A stretch of DNA of 63,443 nt, the filler included, from Catajapyx aquilonaris (lineage: Eukaryota), in NCBI GenBank assembly GCA_000934665.2. It is 2 parts of 2 records of this genome, joined end to end, with 100 filler letters (N's around TTAATTAATTAA, not from the genome) between each part and the next. Parts side by side here need not be neighbours in the genome. Positions count along the whole stretch, not along the records: positions 31,793 to 63,443 come from JYFJ02004503.1; 1 more part is not named here. One strand, given 5' to 3'. A program made the position numbers and the translations under genes. A model generated the notes under the pieces. It did not search any database. It had not been told where the DNA came from and saw only the letters and a list, made by a program, of their open reading frames with translations. Of the stretch, positions 60,660 to 63,443 are shown in pieces. The stretch's first letter is position 1. The number at the start of each line of letters is the position of its first letter.

Positions 60660-63374
60660 CGGGGGATAAAAGCTTAGGTTAGGTAAGTCCCGCTGGCTGG
60701 ACCCCAGAACTCCATCTGAAAGACTAGGGAATGTAATGTTGGGGTTACTCCCGCCGCGGCGGAACAACCTAATCTACCATCATATTCGCGAGGCTTTCGG
60801 ATGGAGTTCTGGGGTCAAGCCGCCGGGACTAACCTAACCTTCCATGTGACTGACTCTCCAGGTAGTTTTAGGTGTGGAAACCTGCCGTACCCGATATTAA
60901 CCTAACCTAACATTCATACGCCTGACTCGCGCCGGTGCCTCCCGCCGGTTAAGCTCATTCCACCAAACGGAGTTTCTGGCATGGCAAACCGAACCTTTCA
61001 CACGAGTGACTCTCCAGCTGGATTTTGGTGTGATTCGGCCGGTCGGAACCTGTCGCAACCGACCTTAACCTAACTAAACCTAACCTAACATTACATTCGC
61101 GTGTCTTTCCTCGCGAGACCAACTAGCTTCCTGGAGTCAGTCCCATGAAGATTTGGTTAGGTTAAGTTAGGTTAAGGTCGGATACGGCAGGTTCCGACCG
61201 GCCAAATCACACCAAAATCCAGCTGCAGAGTCACTCGCATGAAAGGTTAGGTTTGCCATGCCAGAAACTCCGTTTGGTGGAATGAGCTTAACCGGCGGGA
61301 GGCACCGGCGGGATTCAGGCGTATGAATGTTAGGTTAGGTTAAGATCGGGTACGGCATGTTTCGACACCTAATTCTACCTGGAGAGTCAGTCACATGGCA
61401 GGTTAGGTTAGTCCCGGCGGCTGGACCCCAGAACTCCATCCGACAGCCTCGCGAATATGATGGTGGATCAGGTGATTCCGCCCGCGGCGGGAGTAACCTA
61501 ACATTACATTCCCGAGTCTTTCAGATGGAGATCTGGGGCCCAGCCGGCGGGACTAACCTAACCTGAGCTTTCATCTCCCGCCCTTTCATATTAACAGTTA
61601 ACCGTGTCCATAACCACGGACCACATGTAGAACCATTGATTACTCCCGCCGCGGCGGGAGTAACCCTGCTTTACAGTCGGGAGTCTTTCACGTGGAGTTC
61701 TTAGGACTAGCCGGCCGGTAACGTAACCTTTCATGCGAGTCACTCTCCCGGTTGGTTTGGTTACACGCCTGACTCCCGCCGGTGACTCCCGCCGGTTAAG
61801 CTCATTCCACCAAACGGAGTTTCTGGCATGGCAAACCTAACCTTTCATGAGAGTGACTCTCCAACTGGATTTAGGTGTGATTTGGCCAGTCGGAACCTGT
61901 CGTAACGGAACGGTCGGAACCTAACCTCACTAAACCTAACCTAACCTTACATTCGCGAGTCTTTCCTCGCGAGACTTACTAGCTTCCTGGAGAGTCAGTC
62001 GCATGAAGAGTTAGGTTAGGTTAAGTTAGGTTAAGTTCGGATACGGCAGGTTCCGACCGGCCAAATCACACCTAAATCGAGCTGCAGAGTCACTCGCATG
62101 AAAGGTTAGGTTTGCCATGCCAGAAACTCCATTTGGTGGAATGAGCTTAACCGGCGGGCGTCACCGGCGGGAGTCAGGCGTGTAACCAAACAGGGGGAGT
62201 CACTCGCATGAAAGGTTAGGTTACCCGCCGGCTAGACCTAAGAACTCCATCTGAAAGACTCGGGAATGTAATGATTGGTTACTCCCGCCGCGGCGGAATA
62301 ACCTGATCCACCATCAAATTCGCGAGAATTTCGGATGGAGTTCTGGGGTCCAGCCGGCGGGACTAACCTAACCTTCCATGTGACTGACGCTCCAGGTAGA
62401 TTCAGGTATCGAAACCTGCCGTACCCGATCTTAACCTAACCTAACATTCATACGCCTGACTCCCGCCGGTGCCTCCCGCCGGTTAAGCTCATTCCACCAA
62501 ACGGAGTTTCTGGGATGGCCAAGCTAGCCTTTCATGCGAGTGACTCTCCAGCTGGATTTTGGTGTGATTTGGCCGGTCGGAACCTGTCGCAACCGACCTT
62601 ACCTTACCTAACCTAACCTAACTTTACATTAGTGAGGCTTTCAGACGGAATTCTGAGGTCTGGTCGGCGGGAGTAACACAACCTAACTTTACATTCCCCT
62701 GGCTATCAAATTAACAGTTAAACCTGTTCATAACGGAGGACCACGGGTATAACGGACACCTTAGGTTACTCCCGCCGCGCCGGGAGTAAACTAACCTAAC
62801 ATTAGTCCTTACTTTTTCGTTCATGAGGCCGGACCATAGAACTCCATATCAAAGACAAGCTGTTAAGGCCATTTCACAAAAAAAAATGTCGCGCGGCAAA
62901 CGGCGCGACTTGCGGCAAATTTTATTGTTGCCAACAATTGGCAACAATAAATATAAATAAAAATTTGCCGCCAGTCGCGCCGTTTTCCGCGCGACATTTT
63001 TTTTGTGAAATGGCCTTTAGTCTACTCCCGCCGCGGCGGAATAACCCAACCTTACATTACATTCACGAGTCCATCAGAGGGAGTGCTTAGGTCCGGCCGG
63101 CGGGAGTAACCTAACCTAACCTATTCGCGAGACTTACATATGTCGTTCTGGGGTCCGGCCGGCGGGAGGAACATTACCTAACCTAACCTTTCATTCCCCG
63201 GGCTTCCCCTTTCCCCGGAATTCCGTCTGAATGGCCCTCGAATGTAAAGTTAAGGTACTTTAGCCGCGGCGGGAGTAACCTAACTTTACACTCGAGTCTT
63301 TCAGATGAAGTACTCAGGTCCCTCCGCGGCGGGAGTCGCTAGCCTTACTCACATTCCCGAACAATCTAACCTAA
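60660..63374. repeat. Complex nested-palindrome repeat punctuated by TTAGG/CCTAA motifs (subtelomere-like or foldback element)
   Basis: Inverted arms about 60660-61090 vs 61150-61580 and 61640-61945 vs 62010-62300; recurring palindrome ACTCCCGCCGCGGCGGGAGT; many CCTAACCTAA/TTAGGTTAGG dimers. Confidence 0.85.
62866..63016. mobile_element. PIF/Harbinger-type MITE, TTA TSD
   Basis: AGGCCATTTCACAAAAAAAATGTCGCGCGG / CCGCGCGACATTTTTTTTGTGAAATGGCCT flanked by TTA. Confidence 0.9.
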
Positions 63375-63443
63375 AGGCCATTTCACAAAAAAAATGTCGC
63401 GCGGCAAACGGCGCGACTTGCGGCAAATTTTATTGTTGCCAAC
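63375..63443. mobile_element. Second copy of the same MITE, cut by the window end
   Basis: Identical first 69 nt, preceded by TAA. Confidence 0.88.

Noticed and set aside
60660..63443. True telomere array
   Set aside because: TTAGG occurs only as 2-3 unit runs in both orientations, not as a long unidirectional array

Overview
Eukaryotic, intron-containing and transposon-dense DNA, very probably from an arthropod (TTAGG telomere motifs, divergent ionotropic receptors). An artificial 100-nt linker (44 N + TTAATTAATTAA + 44 N, 31693-31792) joins two segments that need not be neighbours in the genome. The left segment has four coding exons of golgin-84, an intronless ankyrin-repeat ORF, a THAP-domain remnant and the 3' exons of nicastrin, among many SINEs, foldback MITEs and hAT, mariner/Tc1 and Harbinger relics. 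The right segment has minisatellites, then a three-exon gene, split in the ORF track, for a divergent two-HMG-box protein with an acidic tail. That gene starts 157 nt behind the stop codon of the lowest-coordinate (most downstream) member of a tandem array of four intronless divergent ionotropic receptor (IR) genes (two intact, two pseudogenes, mosaic sequence). The window ends with a type II membrane protein pseudogene and about 2.8 kb of nested palindromes punctuated by TTAGG motifs. All calls come from reading the sequence; no database searches were run.
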